Source: Geosiphon pyriformis uo1 (Eukaryota > Fungi > Glomeromycota). Taken from it: a stretch of DNA of 64,000 bases. The notes under the pieces were generated by a model. The model was not told the DNA's origin. It was given only the letters and a program-made list of their open reading frames with translations, and searched no databases. The translations under genes and the position numbers were made by a program. Shown in pieces: positions 1 through 13,554 of this stretch; within the stretch, counting starts at the first letter, position 1; the number at the start of each line of letters is the position of its first letter. The stretch is taken from positions 310,001 through 374,000 of the forward strand of contig JAAOMT010000275.1 in the NCBI GenBank assembly GCA_016748015.1, in the 5' to 3' direction.

Positions 1-843
1 ACCAGAAAACTCAAAAACTTAAAATTTTATACTAAGAATAATATACCAGAGTATTTGCTACTTGTAGTACTTTTAACAAATAATCAAAAAAAGCTTCAGT
101 ATTCGAATTTGAAAAGGAAAAAAATAAACCAATTACTGAAACCTATATGGTTTTTGAATTAATATCTAATTGGGTTGAAAAAACAGAACAAGAGATTTTT
201 GAAAAAACCAATAGTTATAATACTTTATATTCAAGACCAAAATTAAGAAAACAACTCTTTTATATTCTACTTAAATGCAAAAACTGCCACAAAAAGCTTT
301 TATCTATGGGAGTTTATATATTATCAAAAAAAAAATATGAGATATGTACTTGCTATTATTGTAAGTCCTGCTATCAAAAATGATTTGAATACCCCAAATG
401 AAGTGGAAAATGTGACAACACACTTTGTTTTATATATAGAAAATTACTATTAGAGGAATGTAATTGGATTGATCTTACAATAAGAAAAAGAGTATATAAT
501 TAAACCTACTAATATGCTTTATTAATTGCTAAAAAAGTTAGAAATAAAACTCTTTTTAATATAGCATACAACAACACTTTTAATAAATTTTATTATTATT
601 TACATGATGCCAAAATAATCTATAAATTAACTATAATTCTAATTAATAAAAAAAGCCAAAAAAATATTTACCAGATAAAAAAATCTGAATATATTGCATA
701 TATTTTTGAAATTGCTAAATACAACTATAAAAATAAAATTGAAATCTACTACTAAATTACAAGTCACATATATCTAACCAAAAAAGCTCAAATTCAACAA
801 TTAAAACAAATAAATATTCAGTTATATGAAAAATATATTATGT
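1..843 (+). mobile_element. Fragment (E) of a D-family Ty3/Gypsy element: end of protease plus Cys-rich inter-domain region, cut off by the B LTR
   Basis: Matches the reverse complement of about 28880-29720. ORF 147-383 gives LKCKNCHKKLLSMG...TCYYCKSC. Similarity stops at the LTR start at 844. Confidence 0.85.
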
Positions 844-1707
844 TGTTACAAGTGATATTTGAATAGTTGAAATAAATAACAAACTCATAACTTGGTGCTT
901 AATTGCTGATATAATTGGTAATTTTTGAAGATTTTGGTATCTGAAAGTTTTGGTTTCTAAAGGTTTTGGTTGAGTTTTTTGTCTAATAGACAAAGATTCA
1001 GGTGTTGTTTTATTTATAGTTTTTTGGAATTGCAATTCTATTGAATTTTTTTCTTAGTGTAGTGGCTGATAATTCTTTAATAAATAATTCTTAAGTCTAA
1101 GTGTCTATCTTCTTACAAAGATCTTTTACTAAGCAATTTTTGATGTTAGTAACTTAGTACTTAATTTTTAATCAATTAGTAAATAAAAACAAAATAAAAA
1201 AAATAAAAAAAAATAAAAAAATAAGCCAAGACAAGAAAGAATTAGTATCTTGTCAATAATCATAATTAAGAGTTATTGGTCTAATATAGTTTTAAGTATT
1301 AGTAATTATCAACATAAATTGTTGATAATGAAAAGATGAATTGCAATATTTTAATAAATATGTTATTAATATTTGATGTTTTTACTTCAAGTCATAAAAT
1401 ACTATCATATAAAAGAATAAGTATGAGATTAGAACTGAAGATTTTAAACTAAAAATTCTGTTCTTTCTGCTTTTAACACTACTGCTATATATACATAAAT
1501 TTTGTTATATGAGATTTCTTAAATTCCTCAATTTTTTAGCCAGAAATCCTAGAATTTCTAAAATCTTACAATTTTTTATACTAGAATTCTGTAATTCTGG
1601 AATTTTGCAATTTCTCTGAGAAGAATTCTAGAATTCTATTTTTACTGTGTTTTATTCTAATTGGTTAATTTGTACTAATATATAATTTTTATATTCTATA
1701 AGTAACA
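844..1707 (-). repeat. 3' LTR of element B
   Basis: TGTTAC...GTAACA termini; PPT adjacent on the internal side; homologous to 9819-9978 plus 21974-22674 and to 30504-31462. Confidence 0.92.
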
Positions 1708-1720
1708 TTATTTTCTCCTT

Positions 1721-2419
1721 TTAATATTGAGTTTCATCATGATCTTTTATATCTTCTAATTTTCTTTCTTTGATTAACTTCTGAACTTTTTTTTCGAGAA
1801 TTACTTAAGTTATTTTGATCTGTAATTCTTCAAATTAGGCATTGGTTATTTTTTTAATTGGTTGATAATAATTGTATTTATTGCTGGATTAAGTAATATT
1901 GCTAATCAATCTTAAAATCTTGTGTGTAGTTGATATATGGCTTGTGCCTGTGTGAACAGATTGTTTTTTTCCACAATTTGTTTGATTTCTTATAGTATTG
2001 TTGTGTTAAATAGTCATTTTGTTTTGTTAGTATACAAGTTCTAAATATTTATAATTTGTCTTAAGTGATAATAACAAAAGTTTCTTAGAAATTGTTGTAA
2101 TCACCAATTCTAAGTTTCTTTGATTACTTCTTGGTATAGTACAGCTGTTTCTGGTGTTTCTATTAATAATTTTATTTTTGCTATTATTTTGTTTATAGTG
2201 TTTTCCAATTTTCTGTGTACTTAGTATTGAGTTTTTTTTTATTATCTTTGTGCTGAATAATTTGTTAGTTAATTGTGATTTTTAGATTTGTTTGCTAAAT
2301 TAATTGAAATAGTTGTTGTGCAAATAAATAGATGTTGTCAGTAATTTCCATTTTTTATTGTTGCTTTTGATCATGTTTACTGTATCTTTATATACTATTC
2401 TGTTTGATCGATTTAACAT
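1721..2419 (-). pseudogene. Accessory ORF3 of element B (env position, unknown function)
   Basis: Manual translation reads MLNR...EITDNIYLFAQQLFQ...KET*NW*LQQFLRNFCYYHLRQII...QAIYQLHTRF...DETQY*. It aligns with ORF3 of element A, and most internal stops fall at W/Q/R positions. Confidence 0.75.
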
Positions 2420-2559
2420 ATTTATATTAATGACTATAATTGGTTCCAAATCTCATAGAATTTTATTTGGTTGAATTAACATTCATTGTACTTCTAGTTG
2501 TAGAATATTATTGGTAGATAATAATGCTATATTGTGATATAGTTTTAGTCAATTTTTAT

Positions 2560-3760
2560 ATGTTGTTTTAGTTAAGATCTTGTTGTTCTATCTCTATTTT
2601 TTAGAATTTCTTCAATGTGAAATGGTCTGTTCCATTTGAAGTCAAATTTTCTACTTAATTGTTTTTCTATTTTGGTATAATATAAAAGTACTTTGTCTCC
2701 AATCCTAAATTTAATTGGTTTATTTGGTAACTGGTTATCATGTCATTTTTTTTGTTTTTTTTATAACTTTTAAATGTTATTAGCTGTTCTTTGTCTTTTG
2801 TTTTCCAGAGTTTTTATTAGTTCATATGTTCTTTTTAGCAATGTTCTTTGTAAATTGGCTTCTGTTATTGGTTTTGTTGAATATGTGTTAATATTTATCT
2901 CAACTGGTAATGTTGCTGTTCTATTATAAACAAGTTCAAATGGTGTTGTCTGTATGGTATTTTGCTTTATTGTCTAATAAGCAAATAGTACTGATAATAT
3001 AAACAAACCTCATTTGTCTTGGTTTTTTTAACTGATTTTGGCAATTGTTTCACACAATATTCTGTTGAACTTTTCAACTAAACCATTTGTTTATAGATAA
3101 TATGGTAATGATAATGGTCTTTTACTTCCAAATCTTTAACTTAATTTTGTTAATGTTCTGTTTACAAAGTGAGTTTCTTGATCTGATAACAATTTTTTTA
3201 GACATCCATGTCTGCAAATCAAATCTTAATAAATGAATTCAGCTATAAATTCTGCATTTGCTCTTTAAATTGCTTTTGTCTTTGGCCATTTTATAAAATA
3301 GTCCATAACTACTGCTATATAATGATTGTTTCTACTGGTTATTGTTAATAGTCTAACTAAGTTAATTTTAATTCTATTAAATGGTTGTCTCACTTTAATT
3401 GGTCTTAGTGGTTCACTTGGTTTGTTCTTCCCTTTCTTTAACAAACATCATAACTTTAAACATATTGAATAATGTCTGGATACATTAATAGCCAATAATA
3501 TCTTTTTTTGGTTTTTTTTATAATTGCTTCTTTATAAAAACGTCTTGCTATTAGATCTGAGTACATGTTGTATAATATTGTTTCTTTTTTTAATTCTGTA
3601 ATTACTCTGAATAATTAATCCGAATTCTTTTTATTTTTCTAATATAATATTTTGATTGTTGTTTTATGTTGTTTTGTTCCTTTGGAGATAATTTTTCCTT
3701 GAACTGCTAGATATTAATATAGTGCTAGAGTTGTTAATATTTTTGTGTATTCATTTTTTG
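2560..3760 (-). pseudogene. Integrase of element B (disrupted)
   Basis: Reverse complement is co-linear with the A integrase (19035-20290); SDQ-THF and NGLVEKFNR motif remnants are present. Confidence 0.88.
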
Positions 3761-3789
3761 TTATATTTTTGGGATTAAAATGTTCTTAG

Positions 3790-5030
3790 ATTTGCTTTAT
3801 TCATAACAAACTATTAGCATTTCTATTTTCTTTTCTCTTTTTATAATGTACTGTATATTTGAATAGTAAAAGTTTTATTTTCTATTTGACATGGCAGTTG
3901 TCTCCAAATTTTTGCTTCTGAATTGATGTCAATTTTTTGTGATCAGTATATACTTTAAACTTTTGGCTTAAATATTTTTTTTATTTAATAACTGTCCAAT
4001 ATATTGCTAAGTGTTTTAGTGCTGGTGTTCCATAGTTCTTTTTTGCTGGATTTAAGCTTTGGCTGGAATATGCTACTGAATGTTTTTATCTATCCAGTTT
4101 TTTTTGAGATAGTATGGTTTCCAATACTTGATCAGATGTATTAGTAATAATAATAAATAGTTTGCTGTGATCTAAATAAATTAATACTGGTGTTTGAATG
4201 AGCTTTTTTCTTAAAATATCAAAAGCTTCTTGCTAAACTTCAATCCATTCATATTTCACATTTTTGGCTTGAAACTAGTAAAGTGGTTGAGCCAATTTAG
4301 AAAAGTTTTGGATAAAGCAGCAATAGTATCTCACAAATTTCAAGAATGCTCTTAATTTGGTAAGATTTGTTAATACTGGAAAGTTTTTGACAATTTCAAT
4401 TTTGTCTTTATCTGTTTTAATACTATCTTTGTTCATGACATGTTCCAAAAATTTCAGTTCTGTTTTGTCAAAGAAACACTTATTTGTATTTAGTTTTAAT
4501 TTGGCTCTCTTTAGTCTCTTAAACACTTGCTGTAGATGATAAAGATAATTATTAAATGTTTTTGAAAACATATTAGTATTATTCAAATAAACAATTACTG
4601 ATTTCTATAGCAGTTCAGTATAAACAATTTCTATTAGTTATTGGAATGTGGCTGGAGCATTAATTAAGCCAAATGGCATTACTTTAAACTCAAAGTTTCT
4701 CTCTTTGATAATAAATACAGTTTTTTTCTTGTCTTCTAGTTTTATGGCTACTTGCCAATAATTACTATTTAAATCTAATATTGAAAACCATTTTTTCTTT
4801 TCAAAAGCATTAAACAATTCTTGAATTTGTGAAATTAGATAGCTGTCTCTATGAGTTATACTATTGAATCTTCTGTAATTCATACAAAAGCAGATTTTTT
4901 CATTTTTTTTTCAGATCAGTACTACTGGTAATAATTATAGATTTATTGATAATTGAATTAACTTATTGTTTAACATCTGGTTAATTTTTTGTTGGATGAT
5001 TTTATGACTTGCTAATGGTACTCTGTATGT
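3790..5030 (-). pseudogene. Reverse transcriptase and RNase H of element B (disrupted)
   Basis: ORFs 4638-4883 (WFSILDLNSNYWQV...VMPFGLINAPATFQ) and 4275-4586 (LKLNTNKCFF...LRAFL). Confidence 0.93.
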
Positions 5031-5599
5031 TCATTGTTTAGTTAGCATAACATTTTTAGTCTTGATTTAATGTTAGATAATGTTAGTTCTGCCAAATTCA
5101 TTTTCATTGGCAAAAACATCAGTAAAATTGTTAAGCAATATCTTGAGCTGCATTTGTTGGAGTGGATCTAAGTTTTCCAAATTTATTTGTTTCAATTGTT
5201 CTAGTTAGAGCAAATAACATTTTTCTCATCTATATATTGTTTATGATATAATATTCACATATCTGCAAAGTTGTGGAAAATTTGGAATAGTGCTTAGTAA
5301 TTGGTCTTCAACTTTAGTGTTTAAGTATCTAATAATAGTTCTGCTTAATATTTCAATGATGTCTCCAGTTGTATTGTAAATAGAAATTTTGATGAGTTTG
5401 TAATTTTTGGCTGGTATATAGAGATTAGTAATAGTAATCTCTTTTGATTCACAAATAGTGGCTTTTACTTCAAAGATTTGGGATTAATCTCTTACTTTTC
5501 TTTCTATAACTATTAAATACTGGTCATATAGTGAAATAGAAATTGATTGATGAGTAGAGATAATTTCTCCTTTGTTAATAACTTTTTTTTCTGCTATAT

Positions 5600-6020
5600 T
5601 AACTGATATATCTATCTTATCTATAAATTTGAATTTTTTTTCCTTCTGACTGTAATCTCTAATTCTTTTTTTGTTTCCATTAACACTAACTGAGCTATTT
5701 TTACCAGAGATAAAAATATTGTCTGTGCTATTTTTTTATTTGGTTTAATAATATATTCTTTTTCTAAGTCATTTTGTAACATTACAATAATATTTTCTAC
5801 ATATTTTGTATTAATTATTCTTCTTCTAATGTTGATTTCCTTCTTTGTTAAACTAGATCTAGATGTTAATTGAATCATAATTGTTACTAGAATTTTCAGT
5901 ACTACTTTTAGATCAATGTATATACACAAATGTGGTTCCAATTTGATGGTATCTTTTTCTGAATATCTCAAATCAAACCCTGTATCAGTATTATACATGC
6001 ATTCTGGCATAATACCTTTA
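5600..6020 (-). pseudogene. dUTPase domain of element B
   Basis: ORF 5621-6010 carries DTGFDLRY, QLTSRSS and KIAQ, matching trimeric dUTPase motifs I, II and IV; motifs III and V are degraded. Confidence 0.9.
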
Positions 6021-7149
6021 TTATTATTGCTAAACTATTTGAGTTTCTGCTTCTTGTAAAGATCATAAAGCATGATATATTATTCTGAATTTAAATTGGG
6101 ATTTGAATTGTTACTGTTGTTGTTGCCATTTTGAACAAAGCTAAAATTATTATTATTGTTGTTATTATCAAAGTTTGAATCATAATTGAGTAGTGATTCC
6201 AATTCTATTTTGTAGCTGCTGATTGGTTTTTCCTTTTCTGGAATTGTGTAAATTATATATAGTGGTGAATTGTAAATGAAGTCACAATTATTACAATACT
6301 GAAAGTTACATAATATTAAATAATAGTTATATAATCAAGTATTTAATTCTTTTAAATACTGCTCTTGTTCTTTTTGTGTAGGTGCCAGATTTTGATAGTG
6401 TTCATAGAAGTGTTTTGAATTGTTCTCAACATTATTAAAGACATTAAAAGTAAGAATGTATTCTGGTTCGGGTAATATAAGCAAATTATTTTTAATTTTT
6501 AGCAGTTTACTAAAAGAAGCATCTTCAATCTTAGTGCTTGTCATTCTTCAGATCTCATGTTTGTCATGTGAGTATTTTTCTAGGCATTATAGTACTCATT
6601 TTCAGATATTGTCAATTAGAGTTTTTTTTTGTACCCAATTATTGATTAAAATTATATATTGACATATTTTATTATATGTTCTTCCTTACTTAGGAATGTC
6701 ATTCCATATTTTTTTGTTGGAAAGGATCATTTTACATGCAAAACAAGGTTTATTGTCTTATTTGTCTTGTCATTTTGGTTGTCCAAAATGTTCAAAAACA
6801 CATAGTTGACAATAGTACTTTGTTGTCATAGGCCATTTCTTGTTATCACTACAGCATACACCTATTGTTGACAATTTTTTGCCACAATTGATGCAAATTA
6901 GCTTGAGTTGACAATAATTTGGCTGATATTAAGTAATAATGGTATATGAAGTATATGTGGAGATAATTGCTTGGAGTTTTTCTTCTTTTCTTTTCTTTTT
7001 TTTTCCTTTTTTTTCTCAAGTAAGTACTAGTAATAAGTTGTTATAATTGGTGTCAGTCCATAAAACTTGGTAGGCTTTTTAGGTAGGTTTCTTTTTTTCT
7101 TTTTCAAGTTTTATTAGTGGTGCTAGTGTAGTGGTTTTAAAGTGTTTAC

Positions 7150-9790
7150 AGGTTGTTAATACTTGTGTATGCTGACTGTTCTGGCTAAACTGAAACTTCT
7201 GTGTAGTCCAATTAAATACTGTATTGGTTTTAGATAGCCAGTTATTACTAACTAATGTTTAGTATTTGATGGCTTCTATTACAAAGACTTTGATTGGTAT
7301 AATAATGTTATTAACTTTAAAGAACAAGTCATTAATTTTTACCAATAAAAGTTTTGGTTATTCTATTGGTTGTAATAATCTTAGTACTGGCAGCACAATT
7401 AACTCAGCAACTTAATTGGTCCACTATTGAGAATCAGTTTAATAAACTAACTATTAATTTTGGCATCAATGTACATTATGGTAATGAGTTTTATATTAAA
7501 AGCACCTTTACTAAATAATAGTATTAAGATTGACTTTTCTATTTCAAAAGAAAAAATAGTGGCAAATAACTCATTTTTTGTGCTAGCAGCAAGTAAAATA
7601 TTGTTAGTGAATAGTATTTGATTGGCTTCTGGGTTGTTGGTTTGGTTGTTTTCTGGATTAATGAATAGACTTAAATAGTATTGGGCATTTAGGTTTTGGG
7701 CATAGTTAGTTCCTGTATTTTGCTATTATGATTCAAATGATTGGGTTGCTGAACTAGAGATTGGTTGGTATATTACCATCATTAATTTCCAATTTTGGTG
7801 AATTTGGATTGTTCTCAGTTATTGGCTTTTGTTTTGAGATAAGTTTTGGAGCTAAGTTTGAATTGGTTGCAATTGGTATATGACTTGTGACTGCAGCTAA
7901 TAAATGGTTTGTGGTTGTTGCTAATAGATAACTGGTGCTGGAGTTTGATATACTAAAAATGAGTACATTTGTTGCATTATTGGTAAGTAATAAGATTGAT
8001 ATAGTTCCTAATTCTGAGTGTAATTCAGAGTTTAGAACCAGACAATCAGGGTTTTAATATTGATTGTCTGCTTGTTGATTATTCAATCTTAATTAGCAAT
8101 CTATTTGTAAGTGTTCTTGTTTACCACAATAGTGACAAATACATGTTTCTTGTAGCCACTATTGGTTTAATGTTAATAGATATAACTAATTCTGGACTTG
8201 ATTAGAACTTTCTAAATTTGTATGCCATTGTGGCAGTTAATAAATAATCTGATTGTTGTTAGCTAAATATCTTTCTAATTTCTGATTAATGGATTCAGTA
8301 AATTATTTTAGTTTCAAGTCCAAGTCAAATAATATATTCATTACTAGATTTATGGCTTGGATGTAATTGACTTCTAGTTCAGTTGATTTGAAATTTCTGG
8401 TGTGATTAATTGCAGCTTGAAAGATATTTGGGTGTATTGGACATACTCATTGCAATAAACTGCTACATAAGTTTCGGATGAATTGATTCAATATCTGTAG
8501 TATTGTGAAATAGTCAGCTTTGATTGCTTAGATCTGGCATAGATTTTAGTAGAAGTGTTTCAAGTAAGTGGTAACTGCTTCAGTATCTTCTTGCTTAATT
8601 GTGATAAAGCTAATGACTAGGCAATTAATACTGTTATGATTACTAAAATATTGTAGAAATGTGACTTTAAATGTGTTAAAATCTTGTGATTTGTTTACAA
8701 GATTGTAGTACTATAAATTGGCTGTATCTTGGAAAAAATATGGAATTGTCTGAAGAGCTCTAGTATTGTTTCAGTTATTGGTTGCAATTGCTTTGGCAAT
8801 GTTTTTTAATCATACTTGGGCATCATTCTTTTTGCTGGTAAATTTTTTGATTTTGGCAATTAGTACATAAGCCATTTGTTGTGGTAATTGCTGAGATTGT
8901 AGTAGTTGTTGATGTGCAATTATTGGTGCAATAGATGAAAAATCTATCATGATTATTGAAGATAAGTTCTAAGAAACAATAGAAGCTGGGTTTGAATTGT
9001 TTAGGTTTTGCTGAGTTTGAACAATCAGGACTTAAATTTCTGGGTTTTCTGAGATTGGGTTTTGATTATTATTTCTTTGATTACTGTTTTCCTTTTCCTT
9101 GAAATTGGTAATTTTCCAAAAACTAGTGGCTCCGAAATCTGGTTGTGGTAATAATAATCAACATTTTGATGGCATAGTTGATTGTAAATTAAATCTTTCA
9201 AAATAATTACTGTAGGTTTTCAATAGTTTAGTTTTTTCTTGTTTACTTTGGAATAGAACTTTAGATAGTAATGGTTTTGTGTTTACTGTAAATGTGCCTG
9301 CTGATATTATGTTAATAATATTTCCAAGTATGTAATAGTAAAATGGGTATATAAGTAAATTGACTTTTGGTTTCTTCTAAATAAATGGTTGTATTTGCTT
9401 TGGTGTTCCTGCTGGTGTTTACAATTTTTCTTTTCCTTTATTTGCAAAGATGATAAGAAATTTTTGTTTGGTATATTTTTCAATTTCTCTGTTTATTTTT
9501 GTAATTTATGGTGTAAATAAATAATTTTGTGACAGTGTAGTGTGTTGGAATAGTTCACTAAAAAAATTGTTGAAAGCAGATTTTGGATTTTCTTGACTTT
9601 CTAAGTAGTATACAATTTGTTTGTTGACATAACAATTGAAAGCTAATTTTGTTGGCCAACTATTATTTGTCAATCCAAGATGATTTTGGTAATATTAGAA
9701 TAAGAATTTCACAAATCTCAAGTGGTTTGTCCTTATTTCTTTTGATTCTGCCACTGTTTTGGATAATTGCTATTGGTACTAATTCTTTGT
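7150..9790 (-). pseudogene. gag (with CCHC zinc knuckle at about 8096-8137) and aspartic protease of element B
   Basis: Reverse complement gives CHYCGKQEHLQIDC. The gag core is co-linear with A 12830-13460. The protease site reads LILNSG, followed by a short deletion. Confidence 0.85.
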
Positions 9791-9799
9791 TAAATTATA

Positions 9800-9816
9800 C
9801 CTTACAGAAAGCACCA
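9800..9816 (-). promoter_or_regulatory. Primer binding site (PBS) of element B
   Basis: TGGTGCTTTCTGTAAGG, 2 nt after the 5' LTR end. Confidence 0.85.
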
Positions 9817-9978
9817 AATATTACAGGTGATTATTTGAAGTATTAATACAAATAACAAACTCATAATTTGGTGCTTAATAAATGATATGGTTAATAATAT
9901 CTGAAGGTTTTCATATCTGAAGGTTTTAGTTAAGTCCTTTGTATAATGGACAGAGATTCAAGTATTGTTTTTATCTGT

Positions 9979-10859
9979 TGTTACTCATAAAAGAAAACAG
10001 ATATAGAAAAATAGTAGACCAATAAGGGAGTAGTAGTTAGTACATAAGCACATTGCTCAGCAATATAAAGCAATATCAGAAATTATAGCACATTGCTTAG
10101 CAATACGAAGCAATATTAGAAAATTAGGACACATTGCTTAACAATGAAAGCATTGCTCAAAAAATCATAGCACATTGTTCAAGAATGTGAGCAATCTCAT
10201 AGAACATAAATTAGGTATATATAGCAGTAGCATTAGAAGCAAAAAAACAGATCTCTTAGTTTAGATTTGATTCAAGCAACCTTACATATCACAAATATTA
10301 ATAAATAATTATTCAATATCTTAAATCCACTTTCCACTATTAACACTTCATGTTGATAGTAATTAATACTTAACTACAGTAGAACAATAGCTCTTAATTA
10401 TGGCTATTGATGAGATATTAACATTTATTGCCTTGGCTTATTTTTTTTATTTTCTTTTTCTTTTGTTTTGTTATTTCTTGTTGTGTACTAATTGATTAAA
10501 AAATTAAAGTGCTGAGTTACTGACATCAGGATATAGTACTGGTAAAAGACCCAGGAATAAGGGTAAACACTCAGATTTGAGGATAGCTTACTAGAAGATT
10601 GCCTGCCACCATGTTGAGAAAAAAATTAATGAAATTACAATTCCGGAAAGTAACAGACAACAATTATTTAATCTGCAGGTTAATACTGGAAACACTATTT
10701 AAAGAAAATCATATTGAAATCTTTGTCTATTATTTAAAAAACTCAACCAAAACCTTTAGATACAGTTAACTTTTAGAAATCAACATCATTAGGCATTAAT
10801 TGAGCACCAAGTTATGGGTTTGTTATTTGTTTTAAGACTCCAAATAATCACCTGTAATA
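9979..10859 (+). repeat. 5' LTR of element A
   Basis: Starts TGTTACTC and ends CCTGTAATA (CA mutated to TA); followed by the PBS. Confidence 0.93.
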
Positions 10860-10861
10860 TT

Positions 10862-10878
10862 TAGTGCTTCCTGTGAGG
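10862..10878 (+). promoter_or_regulatory. Primer binding site of element A
   Basis: TAGTGCTTCCTGTGAGG (TGG mutated to TAG); same PBS type as B. Confidence 0.8.
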
Positions 10879-11381
10879 TATAATTCTACAGAAAACCAGC
10901 ACCAACAAACACCCATCCAAAACAGTGGCAGAATTCGAAGAAATAGGGACAAATCATTTGGAATTCACAAAATTCTTATTCCAATATTATCACACCCATC
11001 TTGGATTAACAAATAATAGTTGGCCAACAGAATTAACTTTTAACTGCTATATTAATAAGAAAATAGTATATCATTTGGAAGGCCAAGAAGATCCAGAATT
11101 TGTCTTTAACAATTTTTTCAGTAAACTACTCTAAAGCACCACCCTTCCACAAAATTACTTATTTATACCACTAATTACAGAAATAAACAGGGAAATTGAA
11201 AAATACACCAAGCAGAAATTTCCTATCACTTTTGCTAACAAAAGAAAAAGAAGATTACAAACACCAGCAGGAACACCTAAACAAAATCAATTACCCATTT
11301 AGAAGAAACAAAAATTTGATTTATCTGCTAATTTATCATATCGCCACATACCTGGAAGTACTATTAATATAATAAGCATAG

Positions 11382-12362
11382 TGTTACTGGAGGTTTTTGG
11401 TCTCTTTTCTTGAATGTTGTTAATGCTGATTTGCTGTGAATTCACATTCTTAAGAAGTAATTGGACCTTCAGTAACTAAATTTATCTTCAAATTATCTCC
11501 TATAATTTGAACTGCTGGGCTTATAAGTGGAATGGCCAATTCCGTGCCAGTTATTTTGTGTAGTTATGTTGTAGTAAATGTCAACTTTTTTCCAGGAATT
11601 GCTCATTTAGAAGCTCACTAAAAATGTGTAGTTACTTTGCTGTGAAAGTCAACTCTTCTACAGGAATCTCATCTGTAGGCTACCCTAATGATTATAATAA
11701 AAAAAATAAAAAAAATAAAAGAAATGTAAAAGAAAATAGAATTTTGTCAATGGAAACATTTTCTATCCAGACCTGAAGTCACTAACAGTTTATTGAAATT
11801 GGTAGCTAATCAATTTCAAAATGTTAGTTGTGTTGAGAGAATTTCAAGTGTAATAATTTAAGAATTTGGTTTTTGAATATTTAATTTTTATTTAATTTTG
11901 TAAAAAAAATGATTTGTTCTAATTATATTTAGAATAAGATACTATGGTAAGATATTATGAGAAGATATGAATTGATACATTTTCTTGAAGAGAGAAGCTC
12001 TTCTTTTATACAACTTGTTGTAGTACTAGTCTTTGAACTTGCACTTTTCTTTTTGCTATAATTTGGGTGAACTAAAGATACATTTTGGCAAATTACAAGT
12101 TTATTTCACTGAACTATTGATTATTTTGGCAAATTTTCATTAATTTCGGCAAATTTTGACTATGTTAAATGGTTTAGGGTATTGTGTAATTTAATCATCT
12201 TAATTTCTATAGTACAAATCGGATTATTGATTGAATAATAATATTTGATAATTTGATTAAATAATAAGTGATAATCGAAATGATAATAATATATGCTAAT
12301 TAATAATAGAAATTATAAGAGTAATTTTATGCTAATTAATAGCTAAAATTCTAATGGTAACA
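11382..12362 (-). mobile_element. Solo LTR of the D family
   Basis: TGTTACTGG...GGTAACA; homologous to 23187-24161 and 33067-34036; TSD ATAG/ACAG (one transition). Confidence 0.93.
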
Positions 12363-13554
12363 ACAGCTACAGTAAGCGTGACAACACTATTGAACAGAAT
12401 CCTATTTTAAAGTAAACAAAAGAAAGCAGAATTATTAGAAACATATGGTAATTATTTTAAGAGATTTAAATTGCAATTCCCAACACCATTAAGAATTTGA
12501 TCACCACCACCACAACCAGATTTTGGAGCCATTAGTCTTTGGGAAATAACTGATTCCGAGGAAAAAGAAAGTAGTAAACAAGAAATTAGCAAGTGAAATC
12601 TGATTCTAGAAAATTCAGAAATTGAAACTCTGGTTAATCAAACTTTGAAAAATCAGAATAATCCAAACTCCAACATTATTACTCAGAAAAACTTACCTCT
12701 AATAGTCATAATTAATTCACCACCAGCCCCACCAATCAACAAACAGCAACAGCAAGCCACAATCACCACCCTAGCAACAACTATAACAACAACCACAACA
12801 ACAACTACTATTAGTACCAATGACATATGCACCTATTGCCAAAATTGAGAAATTCACCAGTGAAGAGGATGATGCCCAAGTATGGTTCAATGATATGGAA
12901 AAAGCCATCACAGCCAATGGATGAAATGATGATCAAGTCTTTCAAACAATTTTCTATTTTCTCTAAGATACTGCTGATTTATAGTACCAGAGTTTAGCCA
13001 CTAAACCCCAAACTTTCCAAGAATTCAAACTGGAATTCATGAGATATTTCAGTAACAATAATAGCATTAACTGCTTGACAAATATATTTACTATTATAAG
13101 ACAAAGAGAAACTGAAACAGTCACTACTTACCTAGAATGCTTTCATAGAAACTTGCACCAAATACAAGCAATTGATGTGAATTACTTTACAGCACCACAG
13201 ATTTTGAACCAGTTCATCTGTGAATTATGCAGTAGCATCCTTCAGCACATATGCCCAATGCACCCACAAACTCTTCAAGATACAGTTACCAATGCAAGAG
13301 ATTTTGAATTCACAGAACTCGAAACTAACCATGCTAAAACTGTCAATCTAGTGATAAATAGATCATCTAAACTGGATTCCAAATTGAAACAACTCAGTAA
13401 TTCAATTAATCAGAAATTAAAAGGATACTTAACTAACAATCACGCAATTTATCAGCCACCCCAATGACACAATAATTTTAGAAACATGAATCACTCCCAA
13501 AATCAGGTGCATTCTTTATCATTATCCAATTAGTCATGACAGCAAGAGATGCAT

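Noticed and set aside
838-1035. Short ORFs inside LTRs (also 21986-22186, 22335-22529, 33288-33482, 14370-14564)
   Set aside because: The frames are not conserved between LTR copies and show no protein features.
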